From positions 3,206,962 to 3,270,961 of the forward strand of contig CBDBPM010000002.1 of assembly GCA_965208735.1 (NCBI GenBank): a DNA stretch of 64,000 nucleotides, read 5' to 3'. Origin of the DNA: Candidatus Poribacteria bacterium. GTDB lineage: Bacteria > Poribacteria > WGA-4E > WGA-3G. This document shows positions 10,978-21,950 of the stretch, piece after piece. The position numbers and the translations under genes were made by a program. Under the pieces are notes generated by a model, which had not been told where the DNA came from, made no database searches, and was given only the letters and a program-made list of their open reading frames with translations. Position 1 is the first letter of the stretch. Every line of letters begins with the position of its first letter.

Positions 10978-11712
10978 ATGATGATGTTAAAGCGAGGTTT
11001 GGCATTCAGCTGTGGACTTTTGTTTCTTTTCGGGCTTAATGCGTTTTGCGACGTGTGGTACAGTGAGAATTTTGACGACTTCAAAGATGGTGACATCGCT
11101 GGGCAAGATGAATGGAAAACGGCAATGAACCAAAAGACTTGCCAAATTGGCAGCAAGGTGAAACGGGGTGACACAGGCAAAAGCATTCTGGTCACAGAAA
11201 ACACAATGGTCACGAGAAGTTTTGAAGGCACCCATGATGGCATTCAGTATGTTTCATTATTCACGCAGCGGGAAAAGGGCGCGGGTCTAATGCTGTTTTA
11301 TATCGGTGGAGATGCCATCAAGTGGGGCGGAGCAGCCGTATTTAATTTTCAGGCGGATGCCACTATCCATGCGCTCGACGGCACTACAGGACAACAAGTA
11401 GCGCAGGGGAAATTCGGTGAATGGCATCATTTCCGCATCGTGCTCGACTTTAAAGACAGATCTTATGATTTTTACGTCGATGACGAACAAGTCGCCGATG
11501 ATTTCGGTTTTAGAGGTGAGGGTGGCAAAGGCGGCGTGAATCCCGAACTCAGCTGGATCTTCTTCGGTTGGGACCACCCCGAGGCTCTGACCAATTATAT
11601 TGATGACATTGAAATGGGAGACGGTGAGGGCGAAACGGCTGGAAAACCGCAAGCGGTTTCCGCCTCAGACAAACTCACGACCTCTTGGGGAAGAATCAAG
11701 CGACGATTGTAG
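10978..11712 (+). CDS. Exported lectin/LamG-like beta-sandwich protein with C-terminal KLTTSWGRIK tail
   Basis: RBS AGGAGG, signal peptide, W.HFRI..D..Y.FYVD jelly-roll pattern, ends AVSASDKLTTSWGRIKRRL. Confidence 0.7.
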   Translation: MMMLKRGLAFSCGLLFLFGLNAFCDVWYSENFDDFKDGDIAGQDEWKTAMNQKTCQIGSKVKRGDTGKSILVTENTMVTRSFEGTHDGIQYVSLFTQREKGAGLMLFYIGGDAIKWGGAAVFNFQADATIHALDGTTGQQVAQGKFGEWHHFRIVLDFKDRSYDFYVDDEQVADDFGFRGEGGKGGVNPELSWIFFGWDHPEALTNYIDDIEMGDGEGETAGKPQAVSASDKLTTSWGRIKRRL

Positions 11713-11730
11713 CATTTGTTGACGTTTTTC

Positions 11731-11759
11731 TTGACACTATTTTTTCAAAGTGCTATACT
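11731..11759 (+). promoter_or_regulatory. Sigma70 promoter of the proteasome operon
   Basis: TTGACA-17-TATACT with extended -10 TGn. Confidence 0.75.
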
Positions 11760-11878
11760 TCTAATAAAAGTGTTGGGTTTGAATCTGAAACTCGACCGAA
11801 TCCGATTATCCATGACCCTAAATTTTATCATCACCAGTGAGGTCGGAAAAATCGTTTTGGAAAGTGAGAACTTGACGT

Positions 11879-13663
11879 ATGGCTATCAAAAGAGGAAATT
11901 CTGAGGATGTCTTTGAAGAGCAAAAGACGCTGGATGTTGTCTGGTATCAACAACAGATGCGTGCGCTTCAAGGGACAATTGACATGCTTGAAGGGGAACT
12001 CGAAAGCATGCGGCAGCAGCAGCGGGTCGTCCATGTCAAGGAACTTGAAACACAACTCTATGAAACGCAGCGTGAGTTGATGGCGACAGAACGGCGCAAC
12101 AAGAGGTTGACGAGCACCCTGCAAGAAGCGAAGGAGAAGCTGCAAATCCTCAAGGAAAAGGTCGCTCAACTCAGTGCGCCTCCGAATAACTACGGAGTCT
12201 TCCTCGGCGCGAACGCAGATGGTACTGTCGATATCGACATCAGCGGCAGAAAATGGCGCGTCAATATCGATCCTGCTCTCAAGGGTCAAACCCTCGCGGT
12301 CGGACAAGAGGTGATTGTCAATAGCGGAATGAACGTTGTTGCCATCAAAGGTGCTGAGAGACACGGGGACGTTGTGAAAATTAAAGAGCGCATTGAAGAT
12401 GAACTCGCTATTGTGAGCCTTCGCACCGATGAAGAACGCGTCGTTAGAATCGCTGAATCTCTCAAAGAGGAGACCTTGAAAACCGGTGATAATGTCCTTC
12501 TCAACCATACGACAAGTATGCTCATGGAAAAACTTCCGAAACGGGAAGTTGAAGATTTGCTGCTTGAGGAGGTCCCAGATATCGGTTATACGGATATCGG
12601 CGGACTTGATACACAGATAGAAGCGATTCGCGATGCGATTGAGCTGCCATACCTCTACCCGAAAGAGTATGAGGAGTTTAACCTTTCACCACCGAAGGGT
12701 GTTCTCCTGTACGGACCTCCCGGATGTGGTAAAACCTTGATAGCCCGAGCCGTGGCAAGTAGTATCGCAGAACGCGTCCGAAAAGAGAGCGGCAACGATG
12801 AAGTTCGCGGTTATTTCATCAACATTAAGGGACCTGAACTCCTCAATAAATATGTCGGCGAAACGGAACGTAAGATCCGAGAAGTTTTCCAAAAAGCGCG
12901 TGATAAATCGAGGGAAGGGTTCCCAGTTATTATCTTTTTTGATGAGATGGACTCACTCTTCCGCTCCAGAGGCATGGGGATCTCATCGGATATGGAATCG
13001 ACGCTCGTGCCGCAGTTTCTCTCCGAAATAGATGGCGTTGAAAACTTACGAGATGTCATTGTCATCGGGGCGAGCAATCGGCAAGATCTCCTTGACCCAG
13101 CGGTTTTACGACCCGGCAGACTTGATATTAAAATTAAAATTGATCGGCCCAACCAAAAGGGTGCTAAAGACATCTTCGCAATATATCTGACACCGGAGCT
13201 TCCCTTCGCTGAAAAGGTACGTCAGCAGTTTGAGGGAGATTCACAGGCGATCGCGGACCACTTTATTGATGAAGCCGTCCGTGAGATGTACGCACCCACG
13301 GATGAAAATCGGTTTATTGAGGTAACTTATGCCCGTGGCGAACGTGAAACTCTCTTTTTCAAAGACTTCGTCAGTGGCGCAATGATTGAGAACATCGTTT
13401 CACGCGCCAAAAAATCAGCGATCAAACGCTTTATCAGCTCCGACGGAACAGATAAAGGGATGTGTCTTGAGGATCTCAAGGCAGCCATCAGGGAAGAATA
13501 CCACGAAAATGAGGATCTGCCGAACACGACAAACCCTGACGATTGGGCAAAAATTTCAGGACGTAAAGGCGAAAAGATTGTCAATATCCGGGCATTGATT
13601 AATGAACCCGCACGCGATAAAAAACAGGATACACGAGTCACTCGAGGCGGGACATTTCTTTGA
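11879..13663 (+). CDS. arc: Proteasome-associated ATPase (ARC/Mpa)
   Basis: N-terminal coiled coil ending in PPNNYG, OB interdomains, GPPGCGKT, NIKGPELLNKYVGETER, NEDLPNTTNPDDWAKISG. Confidence 0.96.
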   Translation: MAIKRGNSEDVFEEQKTLDVVWYQQQMRALQGTIDMLEGELESMRQQQRVVHVKELETQLYETQRELMATERRNKRLTSTLQEAKEKLQILKEKVAQLSAPPNNYGVFLGANADGTVDIDISGRKWRVNIDPALKGQTLAVGQEVIVNSGMNVVAIKGAERHGDVVKIKERIEDELAIVSLRTDEERVVRIAESLKEETLKTGDNVLLNHTTSMLMEKLPKREVEDLLLEEVPDIGYTDIGGLDTQIEAIRDAIELPYLYPKEYEEFNLSPPKGVLLYGPPGCGKTLIARAVASSIAERVRKESGNDEVRGYFINIKGPELLNKYVGETERKIREVFQKARDKSREGFPVIIFFDEMDSLFRSRGMGISSDMESTLVPQFLSEIDGVENLRDVIVIGASNRQDLLDPAVLRPGRLDIKIKIDRPNQKGAKDIFAIYLTPELPFAEKVRQQFEGDSQAIADHFIDEAVREMYAPTDENRFIEVTYARGERETLFFKDFVSGAMIENIVSRAKKSAIKRFISSDGTDKGMCLEDLKAAIREEYHENEDLPNTTNPDDWAKISGRKGEKIVNIRALINEPARDKKQDTRVTRGGTFL

Positions 13664-13798
13664 TGGCGGTCAGCAGTCAGGGAAAGTTTCAAAGTGTTCT
13701 AAAGTTGAGAAGTTGATAGTTTTAGAACACTTTAGCTACGCTTTACAGGCTAATGGTTTCCGATGGCTGATGGTTTCTTTGCTGATGGCTAATAAAAA

Positions 13799-15310
13799 AT
13801 GGAAATACCAATAATAATGGGAACAGAGACTGAGTACGGCATCTCAGTCAAAAATGCACGTGAGCAGGACCCGGTCGCTGCCTCTACTTTGGTGGTCAAC
13901 GCTTATAAGACTTGTAGGAGCGATGTCCCGAGTACTGCTACTTCTGTCACATGGGATTATGATCAGGAGAGTCCGTTAATGGATGCGCGCGGATTTCTCG
14001 CAGAAGCGGAGACACCTATCTCTGAGGCGGACACCAGTAGTGCTGTTAATGACATCTTGATCAACGGGGGACGTTATTACGTCGATCACGCACACCCTGA
14101 GTATTGTACGCCAGAATGTGCAAACGCACGCGATCTGCTCCTATATGAAAAGGCAGGCGAATTAATATTAGAAGTCAGTAGGCTCGCAGCCGAGCGGCTG
14201 CTGCTTGACAATCAGGAAGTTATCATATATAAAAACAACACCGATTATAAAGGGCATAGTTACGGCGCGCATGAAAATTATCTCATGTCCCGTAAAGTGC
14301 CATTTGATGCTATCGTTGATGGGTTGATGCCTTTCCTTGTTACTCGGATTATCATCACCGGAAGTGGCAAAGTCGGTGCCGAAAATGGGAGTCAGGAGTC
14401 GGATTATCAAATCTCCCAACGCGCCGATTTCTTTGAAAAAGAGGTTGGGCTTAGCACGATGGTGAACCGTCCCCTGATTAACACGCGTGATGAACCGCAT
14501 GCTGATGACAAACTCTATCGACGTTTACACGTTATCGTCGGCGACTCAAACATGTCTGAATTCAGCATCTATCTCAAAGCAGGTATCACGTCTATCGCGC
14601 TCCAGTTAATCGAAAAAGGTGTTGTGGGAAAGAAGTTCAACTTGAAGGATCCCGTCGCAGCGATAAAGTGTATCTCGCGCGACCTGTCTTGCAAAGAGCA
14701 GATAGAACTTGCTGATGGAAAACAGTGGTCACCGATAGAGGTGCAACGCGCATATCTTAAACTTGCGCAGCAACACCTCACGCCTGAGGAGCGGACCCCT
14801 GTCGTTGAAGATGTCCTCGAAAAATGGCAATTCGTCCTCGATAACTTGGAAATAGACCCAACACGGCTCAGCCGCCATCTTGACTGGATTATTAAGAAGA
14901 AGTTGCTGGATGCCTACCGAAAACGGCACGGATACGAATGGGACGACGCACATGTTCGGATGCTTGATTTGCAGTACCATGATATTCGTCCGGACAAAGG
15001 ACTTTATATCAGGCTACTCAAAAATGGACATGTTAAACGCTTGCTGAGCCATGAAGAAATTGTGCACGCAATGCACTATCCACCTGTAGACACACGTGCC
15101 TATTTTCGCGGTACCTGTTTACGGAGGTTTCCAAAGCACATTTATAGTGCCAGTTGGAATTCGATGATTTTTATCGGTAAATCTGGGGGGCTTGACAAAA
15201 TTATGATGGATCGTCCCCACTTCGGGACACAAAAGATTGTTGGTGATCTGCTGAACAATTGTACAGCAGAGGAACTCGTTAAGGAAATCCGAGGCAATGC
15301 ATCAAAATAG
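13799..15310 (+). CDS. dop: Pup deamidase/depupylase
   Basis: GTETEYG, W.Y..ESPL.DARG Dop loop, NGGRYYVDHAHPEY, SYGAHENY, RRLHVIVGD. Confidence 0.95.
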   Translation: MEIPIIMGTETEYGISVKNAREQDPVAASTLVVNAYKTCRSDVPSTATSVTWDYDQESPLMDARGFLAEAETPISEADTSSAVNDILINGGRYYVDHAHPEYCTPECANARDLLLYEKAGELILEVSRLAAERLLLDNQEVIIYKNNTDYKGHSYGAHENYLMSRKVPFDAIVDGLMPFLVTRIIITGSGKVGAENGSQESDYQISQRADFFEKEVGLSTMVNRPLINTRDEPHADDKLYRRLHVIVGDSNMSEFSIYLKAGITSIALQLIEKGVVGKKFNLKDPVAAIKCISRDLSCKEQIELADGKQWSPIEVQRAYLKLAQQHLTPEERTPVVEDVLEKWQFVLDNLEIDPTRLSRHLDWIIKKKLLDAYRKRHGYEWDDAHVRMLDLQYHDIRPDKGLYIRLLKNGHVKRLLSHEEIVHAMHYPPVDTRAYFRGTCLRRFPKHIYSASWNSMIFIGKSGGLDKIMMDRPHFGTQKIVGDLLNNCTAEELVKEIRGNASK

Positions 15311-15420
15311 TTATCAGTTGTCAGTTATCAGTTATCAGTTAAGAGGTTTTCGGAGGATCCCAACTCTCTTTCTGACAACTGACAGGTTTTTTTGAAAAAA
15401 AAACCGTACTGACAACTATT
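15310..15420. repeat. Heptamer-based (GTTATCA/GTTGTCA) inverted repeat element; related copies near 16436-16490, 18820-19106, 35660-35700, 45480-45640, 47255-47366
   Basis: GTTATCAGTTGTCAGTTATCAGTTATCAGTT...CTGACAACTGAC; exact 48-bp direct repeat at 18935-18982 and 19059-19106. Confidence 0.75.
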
Positions 15421-15433
15421 AAAGGAGAAAACA

Positions 15434-15631
15434 ATGTCGACTGAAAAACAACAGGAACACCTCAAACGCCATGTTGATGAAACCGAAGACATGCAACCTG
15501 ATGTTGGAAACGGCGAAATGGATGAGGAGTTCGTTGAAGATTTAGACACACTGCTTGACGAAATTGATGAGATTTTGGAAGAAGATTCACAGGAATTTGT
15601 CGAAAACTATATTCAACGGGGAGGGCAGTAG
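15434..15631 (+). CDS. pup: Prokaryotic ubiquitin-like protein Pup
   Basis: 65 aa, acidic, LDTLLDEIDEILEE..QEFVENYIQRGGQ*; lies between dop and prcB; RBS AAGGAG. Confidence 0.95.
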   Translation: MSTEKQQEHLKRHVDETEDMQPDVGNGEMDEEFVEDLDTLLDEIDEILEEDSQEFVENYIQRGGQ

Positions 15632-15633
15632 GA

Positions 15634-16428
15634 GTGCTCGACCTCAGCGATTACGGCACCTCCGACTTTTTCCATATCCTCAAACGTCGTCACCCCGAAT
15701 TACTCGCGACGTTCAACCCGTCTGATGGTGCCTCAAATGTCCCCGCAACGGAAGCGTCATTCAGGCACTATGAAGGGACTACTGTCCTCGCAGTTGTCTA
15801 CAACGCCGGAATTATTATGGCAGGCGACCGGCAGGCAACAGAGGGCTATCAGGTCGGCGAGCGGCGAATTCAGAAGGTCTATCCAGTTGATCGGCACTCC
15901 GCAATCGCTGTTGCGGGTGCCGCCGGTCCCTGTATTGAAATGGCAAAACTCTTCCAAGTTGAGGTCGAATTTTACGAAAAGACGGAAGGTGTGAGCCTCA
16001 GTCTCGAAGGACAGGCAAACTTCCTTTCACACTTGGTCCGTTCAAACCTCGGACTTGCAATGCAGGGTTTAATCGTCTTACCGCTCTTTGCGGGTTATGA
16101 TCTAAAGCGGCAACGTGGTAGAATTTTTAAATATGATGCTATCGGCGGGCGTTATGAAGAGGATGATTATTACGCAATTGGTTCTGGCGGTAAAGATGCC
16201 CGTACGACCCTTAAAAAACGCTATACACCAGAGATTGACCGTCAAAACGCCTTAGAAATCGTTGCAGAAGCTATCTGGGATGCTGCCGATGAGGATATCG
16301 CAACTGGCGGTCCCGATCTTATCCGAAAAATTTTCCCAACACTTTACACTGTTACTGAAGAAGGAGTCGCCGAAGTTCCTGAGACGACTGTTGAGGAACT
16401 CTATCGCGAGCTTATCTCGCGCCTATAG
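15634..16428 (+). CDS. prcB: 20S proteasome beta subunit
   Basis: Propeptide then EG|TTVLAV, MAGDRQAT.G, AIGSGG, D.ATGGPD. Confidence 0.95.
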   Translation: MLDLSDYGTSDFFHILKRRHPELLATFNPSDGASNVPATEASFRHYEGTTVLAVVYNAGIIMAGDRQATEGYQVGERRIQKVYPVDRHSAIAVAGAAGPCIEMAKLFQVEVEFYEKTEGVSLSLEGQANFLSHLVRSNLGLAMQGLIVLPLFAGYDLKRQRGRIFKYDAIGGRYEEDDYYAIGSGGKDARTTLKKRYTPEIDRQNALEIVAEAIWDAADEDIATGGPDLIRKIFPTLYTVTEEGVAEVPETTVEELYRELISRL

Positions 16429-16637
16429 GAGAATAGTTGTCAGTTTTCAGTGCGATTTTTTCTACGAGAAAATCTTTCAGTTGTCGGTAATACCATTTCT
16501 AAAAGTTTATATCGCACTATTAACCGCACCATTCTCCAGTCCCGGTAGGTGCGGTTTCCTAACCCCACCGGGCATAACCTAAAACATTAGACTCTTTATG
16601 AGAAATCATCAATTAGAATTGGTATAAGAATACAGAC

Positions 16638-17357
16638 ATGTCCACACCCTATTATGTTTCACCGGAGCAAATTCGTCAGGATAAAGAGGATTTCGTCAGT
16701 CGCGGCATTGCGCAGGCGAAAGAGGTCGTCGTCTTAGAATACCGAGATGGACTCCTGATGGTGGCTGAGAACCCGCGCAAAACGACCTTTAAAATTTCTG
16801 AAATTTATGACCGCATCGCCCTCGCAGCAGCCGGTAGGATTGCTGAATATGAGATACTCCGTGTCGCGGGTATCCGTGAGTCTGAAGTTAAAGGCTTTCG
16901 CTACTACCGTGAAGATGTTACCGCAAAATGGTTGACGAATGTTTATTCGCAGCACATGGGAGCCGTTGCACAGGCGTGGGACGCCAAACCCTTGGAGATA
17001 GAACTCCTTGTATGTGAATTAGGTATAGCGGATGCCCCTGCGAGTTCAGGACTGCAGGACAATCAGATTTATCATATCGCATTTGACGGTATCTATTCGG
17101 AAGAGGAAAAGTATGCTGTTATCGGTGGGCGTGCGACAGAGATAACAGAACTTCTGGAGCAGCGTTACACAGATGGGTTAGAGATGCAAGCAGCGCTCCA
17201 ACTCGTAACAGAGACCTTTCGGACTATTGAAGCGAATGCCGCAGACGATTATCAAATAAACCCGCAGACAATAGAAGTGGGGTGCCTTGAGCAGACCACT
17301 GAACGCCGAAAATTCCGACGACTCTCTACTGATGAGGTCACAACCCTTTTGTCTTGA
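16638..17357 (+). CDS. prcA: 20S proteasome alpha subunit
   Basis: MSTPYYVSPEQ...DK, KISEIYDRI, KPLEIELLV.E, RKFRRL. Confidence 0.95.
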   Translation: MSTPYYVSPEQIRQDKEDFVSRGIAQAKEVVVLEYRDGLLMVAENPRKTTFKISEIYDRIALAAAGRIAEYEILRVAGIRESEVKGFRYYREDVTAKWLTNVYSQHMGAVAQAWDAKPLEIELLVCELGIADAPASSGLQDNQIYHIAFDGIYSEEEKYAVIGGRATEITELLEQRYTDGLEMQAALQLVTETFRTIEANAADDYQINPQTIEVGCLEQTTERRKFRRLSTDEVTTLLS

Positions 17358-17460
17358 TATGTGCTTCTCGGTTTATGCGAAAATGGAATCTGCTTGGAGT
17401 GATGGCGTTTAAAAACGTAAGCAAACGCATAGCACAAGAAATGCCTCTGATGAGGGACTT

Positions 17461-18819
17461 ATGAAGCGTAGAATTTATGGACTGGAAACTGAGTTCGGAA
17501 TCATCTGGACACCAGATGTCGCGCATAGAAAGACGCTTACTGTTCAAAACGTTGTGATGTACCTCTTCCGAGAAATCGTAGCGGGGAGAATGTACCCGGA
17601 TGTCTTCCTTGAAAACGGGGCAAGGTTTTATCAAGACATCGGATGCCATCCAGAGTATGCAACCCCAGAATGCGATGACGTTGCCGAGCTTGTCGCCCAT
17701 GATAAAGCAGGCGAACGCATTATTACACGTCTCGCCAGTACCGCAGAACGGCGCATGCGAAATGACGGGTTCTACGGAAAAATCTCCATTTTCAAAAACA
17801 ATTTGGATACCCCCGGAAATACTTATGGATGCCACGAAAACTATCTAATGGAACGGCACGTTGATTTCCGTCAATTAGCATCGCAGCTGATCCCCTTCTT
17901 TGTCACACGTCAGGTCTTCGCAGGTGCCGGAAAAATCAAGCCGAGCCATCGCGGCTATTATGCAATCTCACAACGTGCGGAGCATATCCGAGAGGAAATT
18001 TCTATCGGAACAACGACGGCACGCGGCATTATTAACACACGCGATGAACCCCATGCTGACCGAGAGAAATATAGGCGTTTACACGTTATCGTCGGTGATT
18101 CCAATATGTCCGAATTTTCGACTTTTTTGAAGGTAGGGACCACCGGTATTATTCTCCGTATGATTGAAGACAACTTCATTCAGCAACGGTTCGCGCTCCG
18201 AAACCCTGTCAAAGCCATCCGAGATATTTCTGACGATGTCACATGCAAGCACCCCATCGAACTCCAAAACGGGAAACGACTCTCCGCAGTCGAACTGCAG
18301 TGGCAATACCTCGAATGTGCGAAGCGTTACCTTGAGCAAGCCGAATCCGATGCAACGACGACCCAAATTATGGCGCGCTGGGAGTATGTCCTCACCTGCT
18401 TGGAAAGTGATCCGATGCAGTTGGACCGAGAATTGGATTGGGTCATTAAGTGGAAATGGCTCCAAACTTACCTCTCTAAGCGCGGATTTGAGTGGGACGC
18501 GCCACAAGTGAAACACCTTGATTTGAAATACCACAATGTGCGACAGGAGGAAAGTCTTTACTATACCCTTGAAAACCGATCGGAGGTCGAGCGGATCGTC
18601 AAAAATGAGCAAATTCGACATGCTGAGCACTTTCCGCCTGAACGGACCCGCGCAAAGTTCCGGGGTAAATTCATCAGGAAAGTCAATGAGGGGAAGATTT
18701 TGTGCGGTGTCAATTGGAGTTACATCCAACTTTATGAACCCTACCAGATTCTTTACCTCTCGACAGATCCATTTAAGCCAGAATTTGACGAAGCAAGTCG
18801 CACTATCTATTCAATCTAA
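17461..18819 (+). CDS. pafA: Pup--protein ligase
   Basis: MKRRIYGLETEFG, FLENGARFY.DIG.HPEYATPEC, YGCHENY, TT.ARGIINTRDEPHAD. Confidence 0.96.
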   Translation: MKRRIYGLETEFGIIWTPDVAHRKTLTVQNVVMYLFREIVAGRMYPDVFLENGARFYQDIGCHPEYATPECDDVAELVAHDKAGERIITRLASTAERRMRNDGFYGKISIFKNNLDTPGNTYGCHENYLMERHVDFRQLASQLIPFFVTRQVFAGAGKIKPSHRGYYAISQRAEHIREEISIGTTTARGIINTRDEPHADREKYRRLHVIVGDSNMSEFSTFLKVGTTGIILRMIEDNFIQQRFALRNPVKAIRDISDDVTCKHPIELQNGKRLSAVELQWQYLECAKRYLEQAESDATTTQIMARWEYVLTCLESDPMQLDRELDWVIKWKWLQTYLSKRGFEWDAPQVKHLDLKYHNVRQEESLYYTLENRSEVERIVKNEQIRHAEHFPPERTRAKFRGKFIRKVNEGKILCGVNWSYIQLYEPYQILYLSTDPFKPEFDEASRTIYSI

Positions 18820-19121
18820 CAGTTGTCAGAGTACTGGTTATCAGTACTCAGTACGCTACGCTTTTAGTTATCAGTTAAAGAGGTATATTGTGGCAGTAGC
18901 AGGAAAGCCGACCTCCACAATGTGTTAACTGAGTACTGAAAGATTTTTCGCAGAAAAATCGTACTGACAACTAAAAACCAATTAACAGTTTTCAGTTAAG
19001 AGTCCCTTGTGGTAGTCACGTTGACTGTATCCACCATAGAAACCCTCTTTAACTGACAACTGAAAGATTTTTCGCAGAAAAATCGTACTGACAACTAAAA
19101 ACCAATAACAGGAGGCTTTTG

Positions 19122-21758
19122 ATGCCACAACCAAAGTATGTCTACTTCTTTGGAGGCGGTGAAAGTGATGGCAACGCCACAATGCGCATGCTGCTTGGCG
19201 GAAAAGGGGCAAATCTTGCGGAGATGAGTAATCTCGGCGTGCCAGTCCCGCCAGGATTCACTATCTCCACTGAGGTATGTAAATTATACTACGAAAACGA
19301 CAAGCAATATCCCGCCGGACTTGACGAACAGATTGACGGGAATTTAGAGAAATTAGAAACCGCACTCGGCGCGAAATTCGGTGATACCGAAAATCCACTT
19401 TTACTCTCTGTCCGTTCCGGTGCCGCTGTCTCAATGCCCGGTATGATGGACACGATTCTCAACCTCGGCTTGAATGATAACGCTATCAAAGGACTTATCG
19501 CCAGATCTGGAAACGAACGGTTCGCTTACGACTCGTACCGGCGCTTCGTCCAGATGTTCGGAAATGTTGTACTCAATGTCGATCACGATGAATTTGAGCA
19601 CTTACTCGAAGAAAAGAAAAAGGCGAAAGGTGTTGAATTAGATACCGAATTAGAAGCCGGTGATTTAGCAGCACTCGTTCACGAATTCAAGAACGCCGTC
19701 AAACAGCATACAGGCAGCGATTTTCCTGATAACCCGCGTCAGCAGTTAGATATGGCACGGGATGCCGTTTTTGAATCCTCTGGGAACCCCCGCGCGATTA
19801 CCTATCGTCGTCTCAACGATATTTCCGAAGAAATGGGACGGACCGCTGTCAACGTTCAAGCAATGGTGTTCGGAAATATGGGCGGAACCTCCGGATCAGG
19901 TGTCGCCTTCACGCGTAACCCTTCGACCGGCGCGAACCAATTTTACGGCGAATTTCTCATTAACGCACAGGGTGAAGACGTGGTCGCTGGCATCCGCACC
20001 CCGCTTCCGGTCATCGAATTGAGAAATATCTTGCCCGATGTGTACGATGAATTGGTCGATATCGGTTTGAAACTTGAGAAGCACTATCTTGATATGCAGG
20101 ATGTAGAGTTTACCATTCAAGACGGCACGCTTTTCATGCTCCAGACCCGTAACGGGAAACGTACAGGGCAGGCGGCTGTCCGCATCGCTGTTGAGATGGT
20201 TGAAGAAGGTTTGATTGATAAACAGACTGCCTTGACGCGTGTGCCAGCAAACGATCTCGATCAGTTATTACATCCGAGCGTTGACCCGGATGCGAAGGTC
20301 GAGGTTATCGCCCAAGGGTTACCCGCTTCCCCGGGTGCTGCTGTCGGTAAAGTGGTCTTTACTGCGCTCCATGCCGAGGAACTCGCAGCTGCTGGAGAGA
20401 AGGTTATCCTCGTTCGTACCGAAACATCGCCAGAAGACATCGGCGGTATGGATGCCGCAGAGGGGATCCTCACGGCGCGTGGTGGTATGACGAGCCACGC
20501 CGCTGTCGTCGCACGCGGTATGGGAAAATGCTGTGTCGCCGGTTGCTCCGCGCTCTTTATCAATGAAGAAGCATTAGAATTTTATGCCGAAGGGAAACGC
20601 TACACCGAAGGCGATTTCATCACGCTCAACGGCTCCACAGGCGATGTCCTCAATGGACAGGTCGCACTCATCCAACCTGAGCTCAGCGGGCAATTCGGGG
20701 TGCTTATGGAATGGGCAGACGAAGCCCGTTCGTTGGACATTCGCACGAATGCCGATACACCCGAAGATGCCAAAAATGCCCGACAATTCGGTGCTGAAGG
20801 TATCGGACTCTGCCGAACCGAGCACATGTTCTTCGGCACAGGGATTGACGCGGTTCGTGAGATGATTCTCGCGGATGAAACCCCCGAACGCGAAGCGGCA
20901 TTGGCAAAACTGCTCCCACATCAACGTTCAGATTTCATCGGGATCTTCGAGGCGATGGCTGGCTATCCTGTCACGATTCGCACGTTGGATCCGCCGCTTC
21001 ACGAGTTCTTACCGAAAAACGAAGCCGAGATCCATGAACTTGCAGATCGGATCGGCGTTGAACCGCGCAAACTTGGTGAGCGTGTTGAAGAATTGCACGA
21101 ATTCAATCCGATGCTCGGACACCGTGGATGCAGACTCGGTATCGTCTATCCAGAGATAACCGAGATGCAAGCGCGGGCAATCTTTGAAGCCGCTGTTGAT
21201 GTTGCTAAACGCGGGATCACGGTACTCCCTGAGATTATGATTCCGCTTGTCGGGCATATCAATGAGTTCTCGCTACAGCGCAAAGTCGTCGTTGACACCG
21301 CCGAAGCCGTCTTTAAAGAGACCGGTACGCGGGTCGAATACCTTGTTGGAACAATGATTGAGCTGCCCCGTGCAGCATTGACGGCTGACAAAATTGCCGC
21401 TGAAGCCGAATTCTTCTCCTACGGCACCAACGACCTCACGCAGACAACGTTCGGCATGAGCCGTGACGACGCGGCGAAGTTTCTTGACGACTATGTTAAG
21501 GAAGGTGTGCTTGAATACGATCCGTTCCAAGTCCTCGACCAAGAAGGTGTCGGCACTCTGTTACAGATCGGTTCTGAGAAAGGTCGCTCGGTACGTCCGG
21601 ATCTGAAGGTCGGTATCTGTGGTGAGCACGGTGGCGAACCGAGTTCCGTGAAGTTCTGCTACGGATTAGGGTTCAACTACGTATCGTGTTCCCCGTTCCG
21701 TGTCCCGATTGCACGGCTCGCTGCAGCACAGGCTGTCATTGAAGACGAGGCTGAGTGA
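19122..21758 (+). CDS. ppdK: Pyruvate, phosphate dikinase
   Basis: [43 protein letters not shown]. Confidence 0.99.
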   Translation: MPQPKYVYFFGGGESDGNATMRMLLGGKGANLAEMSNLGVPVPPGFTISTEVCKLYYENDKQYPAGLDEQIDGNLEKLETALGAKFGDTENPLLLSVRSGAAVSMPGMMDTILNLGLNDNAIKGLIARSGNERFAYDSYRRFVQMFGNVVLNVDHDEFEHLLEEKKKAKGVELDTELEAGDLAALVHEFKNAVKQHTGSDFPDNPRQQLDMARDAVFESSGNPRAITYRRLNDISEEMGRTAVNVQAMVFGNMGGTSGSGVAFTRNPSTGANQFYGEFLINAQGEDVVAGIRTPLPVIELRNILPDVYDELVDIGLKLEKHYLDMQDVEFTIQDGTLFMLQTRNGKRTGQAAVRIAVEMVEEGLIDKQTALTRVPANDLDQLLHPSVDPDAKVEVIAQGLPASPGAAVGKVVFTALHAEELAAAGEKVILVRTETSPEDIGGMDAAEGILTARGGMTSHAAVVARGMGKCCVAGCSALFINEEALEFYAEGKRYTEGDFITLNGSTGDVLNGQVALIQPELSGQFGVLMEWADEARSLDIRTNADTPEDAKNARQFGAEGIGLCRTEHMFFGTGIDAVREMILADETPEREAALAKLLPHQRSDFIGIFEAMAGYPVTIRTLDPPLHEFLPKNEAEIHELADRIGVEPRKLGERVEELHEFNPMLGHRGCRLGIVYPEITEMQARAIFEAAVDVAKRGITVLPEIMIPLVGHINEFSLQRKVVVDTAEAVFKETGTRVEYLVGTMIELPRAALTADKIAAEAEFFSYGTNDLTQTTFGMSRDDAAKFLDDYVKEGVLEYDPFQVLDQEGVGTLLQIGSEKGRSVRPDLKVGICGEHGGEPSSVKFCYGLGFNYVSCSPFRVPIARLAAAQAVIEDEAE

Positions 21759-21782
21759 AGCATAACGTATATTGTTATAATG

Positions 21783-21815
21783 TAGGCGTGCGCTCTTCGT
21801 TGCTGCGCACGCCTA
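21783..21815 (+). terminator. Hairpin after ppdK, likely terminator
   Basis: TAGGCGTGCGC/GCGCACGCCTA 11-bp stem; weak U tract. Confidence 0.55.
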
Positions 21816-21950
21816 TCTTATAAATGCTACCCTCAAAATGGTGAAATAGCAATTGGATTCCATACGAGTATTGTGGTAAAATGTCAATTTGTAGGAGCGA
21901 GCTGCGCTCGCGATCTTTCGACTTAACAATGTATCACAGGAGGACAAGAA

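Noticed and set aside
11831-12508. 225-aa minus-strand ORF and similar short overlapping ORFs throughout
   Set aside because: They lie antisense to or out of frame with well-supported genes and show no recognisable motifs.
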